From the NCBI RefSeq assembly GCF_006345805.1, contig NW_021834318.1, forward strand, positions 1 through 49,715: DNA of 49,715 bases, in the 5' to 3' direction. The position numbers were made by a program, and so were the translations under genes. This DNA is from Octopus sinensis (lineage: Eukaryota). The stretch's first letter is position 1. Each line of letters opens with the position of its first letter. The notes under the pieces are model-generated. The model saw nothing but the letters and a program-made list of their open reading frames with translations, did not search any database and had not been told where the DNA came from. Below are positions 38,422 to 49,715 of the stretch, piece after piece.

Positions 38422-38470
<49 letters not shown>

Positions 38471-38478
38471 TATATATA

Positions 38479-40033
38479 CAGTTGCGGCCAAAATGTTCAG
38501 AACGGCATTGTTTTCGCCAGAAAAGTAGGTAAAGTTTTTATCAAAGTTGTTTTATGTTCTATAATTTTCACAGGCAATAAATACGATATTAATTGTTATT
38601 GTCTGAGATTTTGGTGTAATTTGAGAGAATAATACAAAAGTTATGGATCATTGAGTGATTTACTGCAAAACCCATAGCGGCCAAAATGATCAGAACGGTT
38701 GAAAAAATAACAAAATATTCAAAAATGACATCTTTGTCATACTGGAATTATTTAATATTTAGTGTGAAGCCCTTTAGCTTCAATCACACTCTGACATTTT
38801 CAACTGCATGAGGAAATTAAATTTTCAATTTCTTGCTAGGTGCTCTTATTCCATTCTTCCTGAAGGGCATTCCATAATTGCTCGGTTGTTTTAGGATTTC
38901 TGGCTTTCGAACGTTCTCCTAGAATATTCCACTCATTTTCAATAGGATTGAGATCTGGGCTTTGAGCAGGCCAATCCATAATTGAGGAAGTTCATGACCA
39001 CCTTAGCCTTGTGACATAGGGCATTGTCCTGCATGAATATGGGTGGTCGCTTAGTTGAATTTCTCAGCACAGGCAAGACATGATCTTTTACAAGTTGTTT
39101 ACAAAATCCTGCATTTACCTTTCTGTGTAATCGCACCAAAGAGCCCACACCATCTCCAGATATCATCCCCCAAACCATGACATTTCCTCCACCGAATTTA
39201 ACACTAGTCTTAAGGCATTTAGGCGACAATTTTTCACCTACTGTTCCCATCTGAGCAAAATAACATCACTGAAATGCACAGTTTGCCATTTTTCTTGAGA
39301 CCACAACACATGTTTGGAGCTGATCAGTGGCTTCACTGCAGGTGATCTTGCATGTAGGTTATTTATGTTCAACTAAACGATGAGACACAGTTTTTCGAGA
39401 TAACGTTTTCTTCAGTACAATGCTCATTTCCTGAGAAACAGCAGCAGCAGTTTTAAATCTGTCCTTTTTAACCAACTTTACCATAGCACGATCTTCTCTC
39501 TTGGTCGTTTTTCTTGGCCTACCTGTAGACTTTCTTGCTTCACGTGAACCACAATCATCGAAGACCTTAAGAATACCCTGAACAACACTTTTTGACTTGT
39601 TAACAATCTTTGCAATAGACCCAATACTTAAATTATCCTTCTTTCGAAGCTTAATAACTTGCTGACGAATTGGTAACGGAGTAAGTGGCATTATATTAAC
39701 AAAGTACACTGCAGATATTCTTTCTAATGTTTAGTAAACGAACCATCACATAAACAAATTCAAAACATTAGAGTTTGCCGGTTAAATATACTAAAACACG
39801 GAGTAAAAGCAACCGTTCTGATCATTTTGGCCGCTATGGGTTTTGCAGTAAATCACTAAATCATCCATAACTTTTGTATTATCCTCTCAAATTACACCAA
39901 AATCTCAGACAATAACAATTAATATCGTATTTATTGTCTGTGAAAATTATAGAATATAAAACAACTTTGATAAAAACTTATACCTACTTTTCTGGCGAAA
40001 ACAATGCCGTTCTGAACATTTTGGCCGCAACTG
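38479..40033 (-). mobile_element. Tc1-family IR-DR transposon, 1555 bp, defective transposase
   Basis: ~222-bp TIRs (38479-38700, 39811-40033), each with two GCGGCCAAAATGxTCAGAACGG direct repeats; TA flanks. HTH ORF 39359-39709 and DDE ORF 38939-39250 (VMVWG, FMQDNA, then WPAQSPDLNPIEN in another frame). Confidence 0.95.
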
Positions 40034-40100
<67 letters not shown>

Positions 40101-40101
<1 letters not shown>

Positions 40102-40372
40102 CTCAAAAGAAGCAACAAGAATATCTTCGGTAATTTGTTACGATCGTTTCACGCTACATCATTTTATTAAACATTGTAAGTATTACAACAGTTTTAAAAT
40201 GTTGAGCAATCATCAGCCATTAATAGAGGTTTTCCATCAATACATATACTTATTTTCATGTTAAATGATAACATTATAAAGAGGGTAGATATACCCCATG
40301 GATAACACCGTACAAAATTCTGGTGCATCTAATTTAAGTATCACATTCATTTCAATCTAAATTTTGCTGAAC
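40101..40372 (-). mobile_element. Hammerhead-bearing ORF-less element, family B copy 1
   Basis: Shares terminal AAGAAGCAACAAGA and the GAATGTGxTACTTAAxTTAGATGCACCAGAA block with 41575-42035; flanked by microsatellites. Confidence 0.65.
40131..40224 (-). ncRNA. Partly decayed minimal type I hammerhead ribozyme
   Basis: CTGATGA ... GAAAC-GATC-GTA. Helix II extension CATTTTA/TAAAATG is present; helix I and the helix II closing pair are mismatched. Confidence 0.55.
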
Positions 40373-40373
40373 G

Positions 40374-40408
<35 letters not shown>

Positions 40409-40468
40409 ATGGTCTCTTGCAAGAAGTTTATGGACCGTCTTCTCTGATGACACCACTTTGAAGCAGGG

Positions 40469-41155
40469 ATGGTAAAGAACTTCGTGATTCACAAGGAATT
40501 CTGCGATGGGGGCAAGAACACTGATGCACTTTTGAATCAGCAGTTTGTAGTTAGTGAAGATGTTCTCAATCTCATACCTGGATTACCCGTGAAGGCAGCA
40601 CTCGCAGAACCACCAAAGTTGGAAGAAGTTGCAGTGGCTGTCTCAATGATGAATATTGGGAAATCTCCGGGCATGGATGGCATACATGCGGAGTTGTTAC
40701 AGCATGGTGGTGAGAAACTTCTGCAGCAACTTCACTCTTTGTTTGGTAAGATATGGGCTAGTGAATCTGTACCTGAGGACTGGAGAGATACAGTAACGGT
40801 GGTCTTGTATAAGGGAAAGGGCAACAGGAATGATTTTGGTAACTATAAGGGAATATCATTGCTTTCTGTCGTAGGAAAGGTTTTATGCAGGGTACTTCTG
40901 GATCGTCTGCTGAAACACGTTGCAGATTGTGTTCTTCCAGAAAGTCAATCTGGCTTTCATGTGGGACGTGGCACTGCTGATAGGATCTTTTCAGCTAGAC
41001 AGCTTCAGGAGAAGTGTGTGGAACAGGGTCTGGATTTGTATCAGGTTTTTGTCGATCTGACAAAAGCCTTTAATACCGTTAATAGAAAAGCATTGTGGAA
41101 AGTCCTCCAGAAACTTGGGTGTCCTGAAAAGTTCCTTGCTTTGGTGGAAGGGTAG
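40469..41155 (+). mobile_element. RTE (BovB-like) LINE RT N-terminal fragment
   Basis: GKSPGMDGIHAELL..VPEDWRD..LYKGKG..NYKGISLLS..LPESQSGF..ARQLQEKC..VFVDLTKAFNTV. Confidence 0.92.
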
Positions 41156-41358
41156 TCAACACTCAAGACAGCTATTATGCTGTCCCCAACAGAAAAACCA
41201 CTACGTGGATTCTTTTGAGACTAGTAAGGAACAATTATGAACATTTTTATTACACTTAACTTTTTAAAATATTTTTGATAAGGTTCGTTTTTATCAAGGA
41301 CCAAAATATGTAAAATAAAAATTTATCTTATATAGTAGCGTTTTTCAAACTTCGTTTT

Positions 41359-41434
<76 letters not shown>

Positions 41435-41539
41435 CGTGACCGACCAGGCCATCAGATGTTGTTACACATCGCTGGTCACAATGTGCTTTGCATTGTTTTA
41501 GCCTTCAAATGACGCCATCCCGCTGGCTAAGCGAGCAGG

Positions 41540-41574
<35 letters not shown>

Positions 41575-41579
<5 letters not shown>

Positions 41580-42035
41580 AAAGCAATTAAGATTCAAATC
41601 AATTCTAAAGAATTTACTTGAATGTGGTACTTAACTTAGATGCACCAGAAAACTATATGGTGTTAACCATACAGTAATGTGGGGTGATTATAAACGAGAA
41701 AGAAGCAACAAGAATGGATTAGTTTTTAGTACAATTGTTTCATACAAAGACAGGCTTTATTACAAGTTGCAAAAATTGCAGCAGATAAAAATGTCCCGTA
41801 CTCATCAGCTAAAATACATGTGAGTTCTCCAAACATCTTATTGGGTGAGGCTATACTCATGAAGTATTGGAGATAATTTCATTTAAGGCAGATTTAGGTT
41901 GCAAACAGATTTCCAAAGTTCCTTAATGATGATGCACAGTCTTTTATCTGCTGCAATTTTTGCAACTTGTAATAAAGCCTGTCTTTGTATGAAACAATTG
42001 TACTAAAAACTAATCCATTCTTGTTGCTTCTTATA
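41575..42035. mobile_element. Hammerhead-bearing fold-back element, family B copy 2
   Basis: ~90-bp inverted repeat (41700-41790 vs 41941-42030); full ribozyme on minus, 3' half on plus (41981-42010); (TA)n on both sides. Confidence 0.75.
41724..41814 (-). ncRNA. Minimal type I hammerhead ribozyme (most canonical copy)
   Basis: TTTTAG-CTGATGA-GTAC...GTAT-GAAAC-AATT-GTA-CTAAAA: 6-bp helix I, intact core, GUA cleavage triplet, palindromic helix III. Confidence 0.85.
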
Positions 42036-42051
42036 TATGTATATATATATA

Positions 42052-42438
42052 TCTTTTACTCTTTTACTTGTTTCAGTCATTTGACTGCGGCCATGCTGGA
42101 GCACCGCCTTTAGTCGAGCAAATCGACCTCGGGACTTATTCTTTGTAAGCCCAGTACTTATTCTATCGGTCTCTTTTGCCGAACCGCTAAGTGACGGGGA
42201 CATAAACACACCAGCATCGGTTGTCAAGCAATGCTAGGGGGACAAACACAGACACACAAACATATACACACACAAACATATATATATATACATATATACG
42301 ACAGGCTTCTTTCAGTTTCCGTCTACCAAATCCACTCACAAGGCATTGGTCGGCCCGGGGCTATAGCAGAAGACACTTGCCCAAGATGCCATGCAGTGGG
42401 ACTGAACCCGGAACCATGTGGCTTGTTAGCAAGCTACT
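42052..42438 (-). mobile_element. SINE family B
   Basis: Near full-length reverse copy. Confidence 0.9.
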
Positions 42439-42439
42439 T

Positions 42440-42452
42440 ATATATATATAAT

Positions 42453-42527
<75 letters not shown>

Positions 42528-42649
42528 ATATATATATATAATATATATATATATATAGATATATATATATATATATATATATATACTATATATATATATA
42601 TATATAATATATATGTATATATATATGTATATATATATATGTATGTATG

Positions 42650-42693
<44 letters not shown>

Positions 42694-42730
42694 TGTATAT
42701 ATATATGTATATATGTATATATATATATAT

Positions 42731-42820
<90 letters not shown>

Positions 42821-42828
42821 ATGTATGT
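42440..42828. repeat. (TA)n microsatellite
   Basis: Seen directly. Confidence 0.95.
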
Positions 42829-43544
42829 ATACAAGATAAGAAAATGGAGAAATACATCTAAATCAAATATCAATTACCAGATAATACTCAATCACATACT
42901 TTATTAAACCACCACATAAGAGACTGTAGGGTTAAACATTAAAAAAACCAGAACAAATCAGTGTACATAAAGGAATGTACATAAAAAGGTGTACATAAAA
43001 GAGTAATGTTGTATAATAAGTAGAATATATATAAAAAAGAGAATATAAATATAAGTAAATATAAATATAAGTATAGATTGCATCTTACAGCTGTTTCGAC
43101 CATGTAGATAAGTATGTCTCATTTTACCAATATTAGCCTTTTATGGTAGGTCAATATATAGATATAAATGAGACATTTACAAAAACATCATAAGGCCTCT
43201 TCGGAGATTTATGTACACTTTTTTTATGTACATTCCTTTATGTACACTGATTTGTTCTGTTTTTTTTTATGTTTAACCCTACAGTCTCTTATGTGGTGGT
43301 TTAATAAAGTATGTGATTGAGTATTATCTGGTAATTGATATTTGATTTAGATGCATTTCTCCATTTTCTTATCTTGTATTAGTAATTTGTGGTAAATCAT
43401 TTTACCTTTGCCCATATAATACAGTAAATAAATTGATTGCATCGCAATCCTTAACATTTATGTATAACTTTGTTGGGTACTTCACTAGCAGTATATTGGA
43501 TATATGTTATCCCATGGAGGGTTGCATTTACAACCCCTATCTCA
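42829..43544 (-). mobile_element. Hammerhead-bearing fold-back element, family A copy 1 (Penelope-like pseudo-LTR architecture)
   Basis: ~170-bp inverted repeat (42829-43000 vs 43208-43379) around a ribozyme; terminal block 43380-43544 homologous to 43650-43815 and 47897-48060. Confidence 0.75.
43082..43208 (-). ncRNA. Minimal type I hammerhead ribozyme with U4>C core substitution
   Basis: ATCT-CCGAAGA-GGCC...GGTC-GAAAC-AGCT-GTA-AGAT; 11-bp distal helix II. Confidence 0.7.
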
Positions 43545-43547
43545 ATT

Positions 43548-43634
<87 letters not shown>

Positions 43635-43646
43635 TATATATAATTA

Positions 43647-44494
43647 GAAAGTGAGATAGGGGTTGTGAGTGTAACCCTCTATGGGATAACATATATCCAA
43701 TATACTGCCAGTAAAGCACCCAGAAATGCTAATACATAAATGCTAAGAATTGCAATGCAATTAATTCCTTTATTGTATTATATGGGCGAAGGTAAAATAT
43801 TTTACCTCAAATTCATAATACAAAATAAGAAAATGGAGGAATACACTTTAATCAGTCATCAGCTACCATATAATACCCATTCACATAATTTATTGACCAA
43901 CTACATAGGAACATCCATATCAAACACAATACAGGACAAAACAGTACACATCAATGAGTAATATGATACCATAAGTACAATACGTATAAATAAATATTGA
44001 TATAAACTAGATCTTACAGCTGTTTCAGCCATGTGGATAAGAGTATCTCATTATGCTCATATTAGCCAGGTGTGTTAAGGTAATATGTGGTTATAAATGA
44101 GATACTTACATATATATCCCAAGGCCTCTTCAGAGATTATAAAGTACAATTCAAATATGAATATTAGAGAAGGTACACATATACAAGAATAAGTACATAT
44201 ACATAATATACACATACATATAAGTGCATATACACATGCACCTACATATATATAAGTATATACATAATAATAATAATATGGCTGAAACAGCTGTAAGATC
44301 TAGTTTATATTTATATTTATTGATATGTATTGTACTTATGGTATCATATTACTCATTGATGTGTACTGTTTCGTCCTGTATTATTGTGTTTGATATGGAT
44401 GTTCCTATGTAGTTGGTTAATAAATTATGTGAATGGGTATTGTATGGTAGTTGAAGATGGAGGAAGTGTATTCCTCCATTTTCTTATTTTGTAT
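43647..44494 (+). mobile_element. Hammerhead-bearing fold-back element, family A copy 2
   Basis: ~215-bp inverted repeat (43818-44032 vs 44278-44494); full ribozyme on minus, half copy on plus at 44278-44300; (TA)n on both sides. Confidence 0.78.
44011..44137 (-). ncRNA. Minimal type I hammerhead ribozyme
   Basis: ATCT-CTGAAGA-GGCC...GGCT-GAAAC-AGCT-GTA-AGAT; intact core and extended helix II. Confidence 0.82.
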
Positions 44495-44865
<371 letters not shown>

Positions 44866-47755
44866 TTGGACCTGATATAGGGGATGCAGAAATACACATT
44901 CCGCAATATGCAGTCATACGCTCAGATAGAAAAGGGAGGAGCCATGGTGGAGTTGCAACGTACATCCGAGATGACCTCACGCCCCAGGTCCTGTTGTCAT
45001 ATTCAAACTCAGTGTGTGACACTCAAATTGTACACATAAGACAACTGAATATCGTCATATGCACTACATATCGCCCACCAGATGCCCCAAATCATCCAAG
45101 CATGTTTGAAGACTGCCTAACAAAAATAGGAGAAGTCCTCACCAACCTTGAACAGCACAACAGTGTATTCTTCATGGGTTGCTTTAACTTCCCCAATGTG
45201 GAATGGCCTGGGGGCAGATGCTCTCAGGGATGACACACCATCAGCAGGCAGAGTCCCTGCTCCATCTCACAAATGCCTCTTTTATGGAGTTCTGTAACCA
45301 ACAAGGGCAGATAATATACTGGATTTCTGCTTCACAAACAATATGAATATTATCCATAATGTTAAAGTGATGCCGACGATGATCTCAGATCACAACATGA
45401 TAGAGCTGTCTATGTATGGACCAAAAGCCCCCGTAGACATACAACCTATACGAAGCATCCACCATCTCTCCAACTTAAACTTTCATAAAGCAAACTGGAA
45501 GTTGATTGAGAAAGAGATCCTCAAACAGGATTGGCCTAAATGTCTCTCCATACCAGACATTAACATGAAACACAAACACTTCATGTCCATAATACAAGCC
45601 ATATGTGACAAATATGTCCCAGTGTACAGGGCCAGCACACACAAAAACAAAAACAGGATCCCTAGAGAAAGGAGGATTCTTATGAGACGACGGACAAGGA
45701 TTGCAAACCGCCTGAGCAAGCACAAAAAAGTGGGGAGAAGTCTCGGCTCGAGAGAATGCTAATGGAAATTGAGAAAAGTCTGCATCAATCCCATGAAAAG
45801 GAGAGAGCAGATAAAGAAGTTTGGGTAATAGAAAATATAAAATCAAACCCTAAAGCTTTCGTTAAGTTTGCCAAAGAGACAGCCACAGTGCACCAGAGAA
45901 TAGGACCTCTTTTCCAAAAAGATGGCTCTCTCACAGGAAATCCCACGAGGATAAGTGAAATACTGAACGAACAATTCCAAAGTGTGTTCACTACACCTCT
46001 AGGACACAGGCAAGTAAACAACCCAGAAGAATTCTTTGCCACTTTACCTGCGGCCAAAGAGCAAACATTGAGTACATCAACATCGAAGATGATGATATCA
46101 CACTAGCCATAGATGAATTGACACAAACTCAGCTGCTGGACCTGATGGGTTTCCAAGCGATCCTTCTCAAATCGTGCAAACGAGCCCTTGCAAAACCGCT
46201 ACAGCTTCTTTTTCAGAGCTTTCTTGCAAGCGGTAAGCTCCCAGTCAAATTGAAAGAGGGGGTAATATGCCCTATCCATAAGGGAGGTAGCAGAGCAAAT
46301 GCTAAAAATTATAGGCCTTATCTCTCTGACCTCACACATCAGCAAAGTCATGGAACGAATAGTCCGCAAGAAACTAATCATGTTCCTTGAAGGAAATGAC
46401 TTCATGTCTGACTCCCAGTATGGATTTCGACCAGGTAGAGGCTGCCTAACACAGCTCCTGCAACACTATGACTGGGTGTTGAAACAGCTACTAAATGGCT
46501 CAAATGTGGATGTAATATATGTCGACTTTGCAAAAGCCTTTGATGAAGTCGACCATGGTATGATCTGTCACAAGCTGCATGGTCTCGGCATAGGCGGGAA
46601 ACTTGGAGAGTGGCTGCACAACTTCCTAAAAGACAGAAGACAGGCAGTTGTGAGCAATGGAGCCACCTCCAAGGAAACACAAATAACAAGCGGTGTTCCA
46701 CAGGGCACTGTCTTGGGGCCACTGATGTTCATAGTAGCCCTTTCAGACATGCCTTCAGTTGCTACGATGACCACCCTTGCTAGCTATGCAGATGACACAA
46801 AAGTCTCCCACACAATACAAAACCCTGAAATATTGTGCATCTGCAACAGGTTGGATAAATATACAGTGTGGCGGAGGACAACAAGATGCAGTTTAATGCA
46901 GGTAAGTTCCAGGCCTGCACTACCGGCACACAAAGGTAAACGACGTGCAGACTGGATACACTGGCCCAGGAAGAATTGCAATCCCTGAGTCAAAATCAGT
47001 GCGTGACCTAGGCACTGACATGAGCAAGTGCATATTACTAATCTGGTGATAAAATGCACACGGCTAGCTGGATGGATTCTCCAAACTTTCAGAACAAGAG
47101 AGAAGGAGACACTGATGGTCCTCTGGAAAACATTCGTCCTCAGCCGCTTGGACTACTGCTCCCAACTATGGTCACCACACAATATAAAACTAACAGCAGA
47201 ACTCGAAGCAATTCAGAGAAGCTACACAAAGAAAATCGTCTCAATGCAAAATATCAGCTACTGGGAAAGACTGAAGGTATTAAACCTCTTCTCCCTAGAG
47301 CGGAGGCGGGAGAGATATGCAGTGATATACATCTGGAAAATCCTGGAGGGTCTTGTCCCAAATTTTGGCATTCAAAGTTACCCCAACTGCAGAACGGGGC
47401 GCCACTGCATTGTGCCAAAGATTCCAGCATCACCATCAAAATACAGGACCAGATACTGAAACAGCTTGGGTTTCAGAGGACCACAGCTCTTTAACATCCT
47501 CCCTAAATGCCTAAGAGACTTACATGGTGTGGATGTGGGTTTCTTTAAAAATAAACTGGATCTCTTCTTGTCGGGAGTCCCAGATGAACCTACCTCACGA
47601 CAGGAGACGCAGATGCGGGCAGCAGCATCGAACTCCCTTGTTGATCAAGTGCCACGTATCAGAGGTGGATTCACATATTAGTGTAGCTCATTCAGCGGTG
47701 GTGCCCCAGCATGGCCGCGGCCTTCGGGCTAAAACATTTTTAAGGATTTAAGGAT
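44866..47755 (+). mobile_element. Frameshifted CR1-type LINE (partial APE, RT, 3' UTR)
   Basis: [34 protein letters not shown] (APE); YVDFAKAFDEV, SGVPQGTVLGP, YADD (RT); GGTGCCCCAGCATGGCC tail. Split over many frames. Confidence 0.95.
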
Positions 47756-47770
47756 ATATATATATGTATG

Positions 47771-47833
<63 letters not shown>

Positions 47834-47894
47834 GTATGAATATATATATGTATGTATATATATATATATATGTATATATATTATATATATATTC

Positions 47895-48605
47895 AAAGTG
47901 AGATAGGGGTTATGAGTGTAACCCACTATGGGATATCAGTTCTCCAATATACTGCCAGTAAAGTACCCAAAAGGCTAATATATAAATGCTTACAGTTGCA
48001 ATGCAATTAGTTCATTTATTGTATTAGATGGCGAAGGTAAAATATTTTACCTCAAATTCATAATACAAATAATAAAATGGAGGAACAGATTCCTTTCAAT
48101 CATCGACTTACAGATATTACCAATTCATATAATTTATTAATTAATTAAATAGGAACATCCAAATCCAACAGAATAAAACAATATACATCAATAAGTAAAA
48201 TAATACCATAAAAATATTACATATAAAATGAATCTTACAGCTGTTTCAGCCTGTAGATAAAAGTATCTCATTGTGCCTATATTAGTCCATATGCATCTGT
48301 CTATATATTATATTATATTGTGTTACACTGTATTATATTATACTATATTTTATGTGGTATTTTCCATCTACTATGTATTGTGAATAGCAGAATGCACATA
48401 TTCCATTATTGGTATTATTAATAATAAAATAATATTAATTTTTTTGGTAATGTAATACAATGACCTTTGGACTTTTTATGTGTACCCTTTGATGTGGATA
48501 TATATGTATACTCCAGTATATATATTTGATTATCTGTAACCTTATGTGTATGTATATTATTATATATATCCTTATATATATGTATATACACTTTATATAT
48601 ATATA

Positions 48606-48643
<38 letters not shown>

Positions 48644-49048
48644 ATATAGATATATATAATATATCATATATATATATATATAATAATATATATATTCTTG
48701 TATATATTCTTGTGTATGTGTATTTTGTTTCATATTTTATTTGCATTTTATATTTTCATAATTGTACTTTATAATCTCTGACGAGGCCCTGAGATATATA
48801 TATAACTCATTATTAACTGCATATTTAACTCATTTTTAACTGAATAATATAGGCACATAAGATACCTTTATCTACAGGCTGAAACAGCTGTAAGATCCAT
48901 TTTATATGTAATAATTTTATGGTATTATCTTACTTATTGATGTATATTTTTTTATTGTTTTATCTGTTGGATTTGGATGTTCCTATTTAATTAGTTAATA
49001 AATGATATGAATTGGTATTATCTGTAAGTTGATGATTCTTATTTGTAT
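47895..49048 (+). mobile_element. Hammerhead-bearing fold-back element, family A copy 3
   Basis: Terminal block 47897-48060; ~200-220-bp inverted repeat (48062-48285 vs 48845-49048); half ribozyme on minus (48232-48285), full on plus; (TA)n on both sides. Confidence 0.78.
48774..48896 (+). ncRNA. Minimal type I hammerhead ribozyme
   Basis: ATCT-CTGACGA-GGCC...GGCT-GAAAC-AGCT-GTA-AGAT; intact core, distal helix II partly eroded. Confidence 0.8.
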
Positions 49049-49075
49049 TATATACGTATATTATATATATGTATA

Positions 49076-49137
<62 letters not shown>

Positions 49138-49350
49138 TATATAATATGTGTGTGTATAAAAAACATTACGTTATATAATTAGGGTTTAGTAAAAAAAATT
49201 ACTTTACCACACACCAAACTTTTAGAATAGCAGCCAAAAAGTTTAGCTATTTCCTCTACTATAAAAAAGTCTCCCAGACAATGTATACTCAAAATAATTC
49301 ATGTAGGTGTAGAGGGGAAAAATAACGAAAGGTCACACGTACATCGATTA

Positions 49351-49413
49351 CTTGAGAACGCGCGTTTCTGGATTAGTTGGATATAGAGATCAACATTTCC
49401 GTCATCAGCCAAG
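49351..49413 (-). ncRNA. Compact type I hammerhead ribozyme, family C
   Basis: CTTGG-CTGATGA-CGGA...TCCA-GAAAC-GCGC-GTT-CTCAAG; intact core, one helix I indel and a C-A closing mismatch. Confidence 0.65.
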
Positions 49414-49715
49414 ATTTCTTTAGGTTTGAATTTGAGGGCATTGAAAATCGGACATATCCGTCGGATATGAGTAATCCCAGACAAATCATCTTCGACTGCC
49501 AGTACTAACGAATTCAAAAAGTACGAATGGGGCTACACATCCTTCCCCGTCCACCCACGTGAGTTATAGAGCAACAAATCGCTACAGAGGGATCTGCAGT
49601 TTTATATCAGGGAGAGAGAATATATTGTCAATAATAAAAGGATAAAATTAATTAATTATTTAATTATTAATTAAAAATTTTACCAAGTAGTGTTTTACCA
49701 AGTAGTGTAAAAAGA

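Overview
AT-rich, microsatellite-saturated eukaryotic DNA, most consistent with an octopus/coleoid cephalopod genome (inferred from recalled tRNA-derived SINE families and HTGEK-x-YHCDICGK-type zinc-finger remnants; not verified by search). No intact host gene can be supported. The window contains CR1-type LINEs (one with an unbroken 672-codon RT frame), RTE and R4/Dong LINE remnants, an IR-DR Tc1 element, mariner, Helitron and Gypsy remnants, MITEs, about 20 SINE copies, a decayed C2H2 zinc-finger exon and a few candidate exons of unknown identity. The most notable signal is a cluster of six complete or near-complete minimal type I hammerhead ribozyme motifs plus three half copies at 40.1-49.4 kb, in three unrelated sequence families. 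Their helix III is always a palindrome (ACAGCTGT, ACAATTGT, ACGATCGT, ACGCGCGT). Five of the six sit in ORF-less elements bounded by (TA)n/(TG)n tracts, and four of those elements are inverted-repeat fold-backs, resembling Penelope-like pseudo-LTRs or retrozymes. Nearly all short ORFs in the supplied track are microsatellite artefacts.
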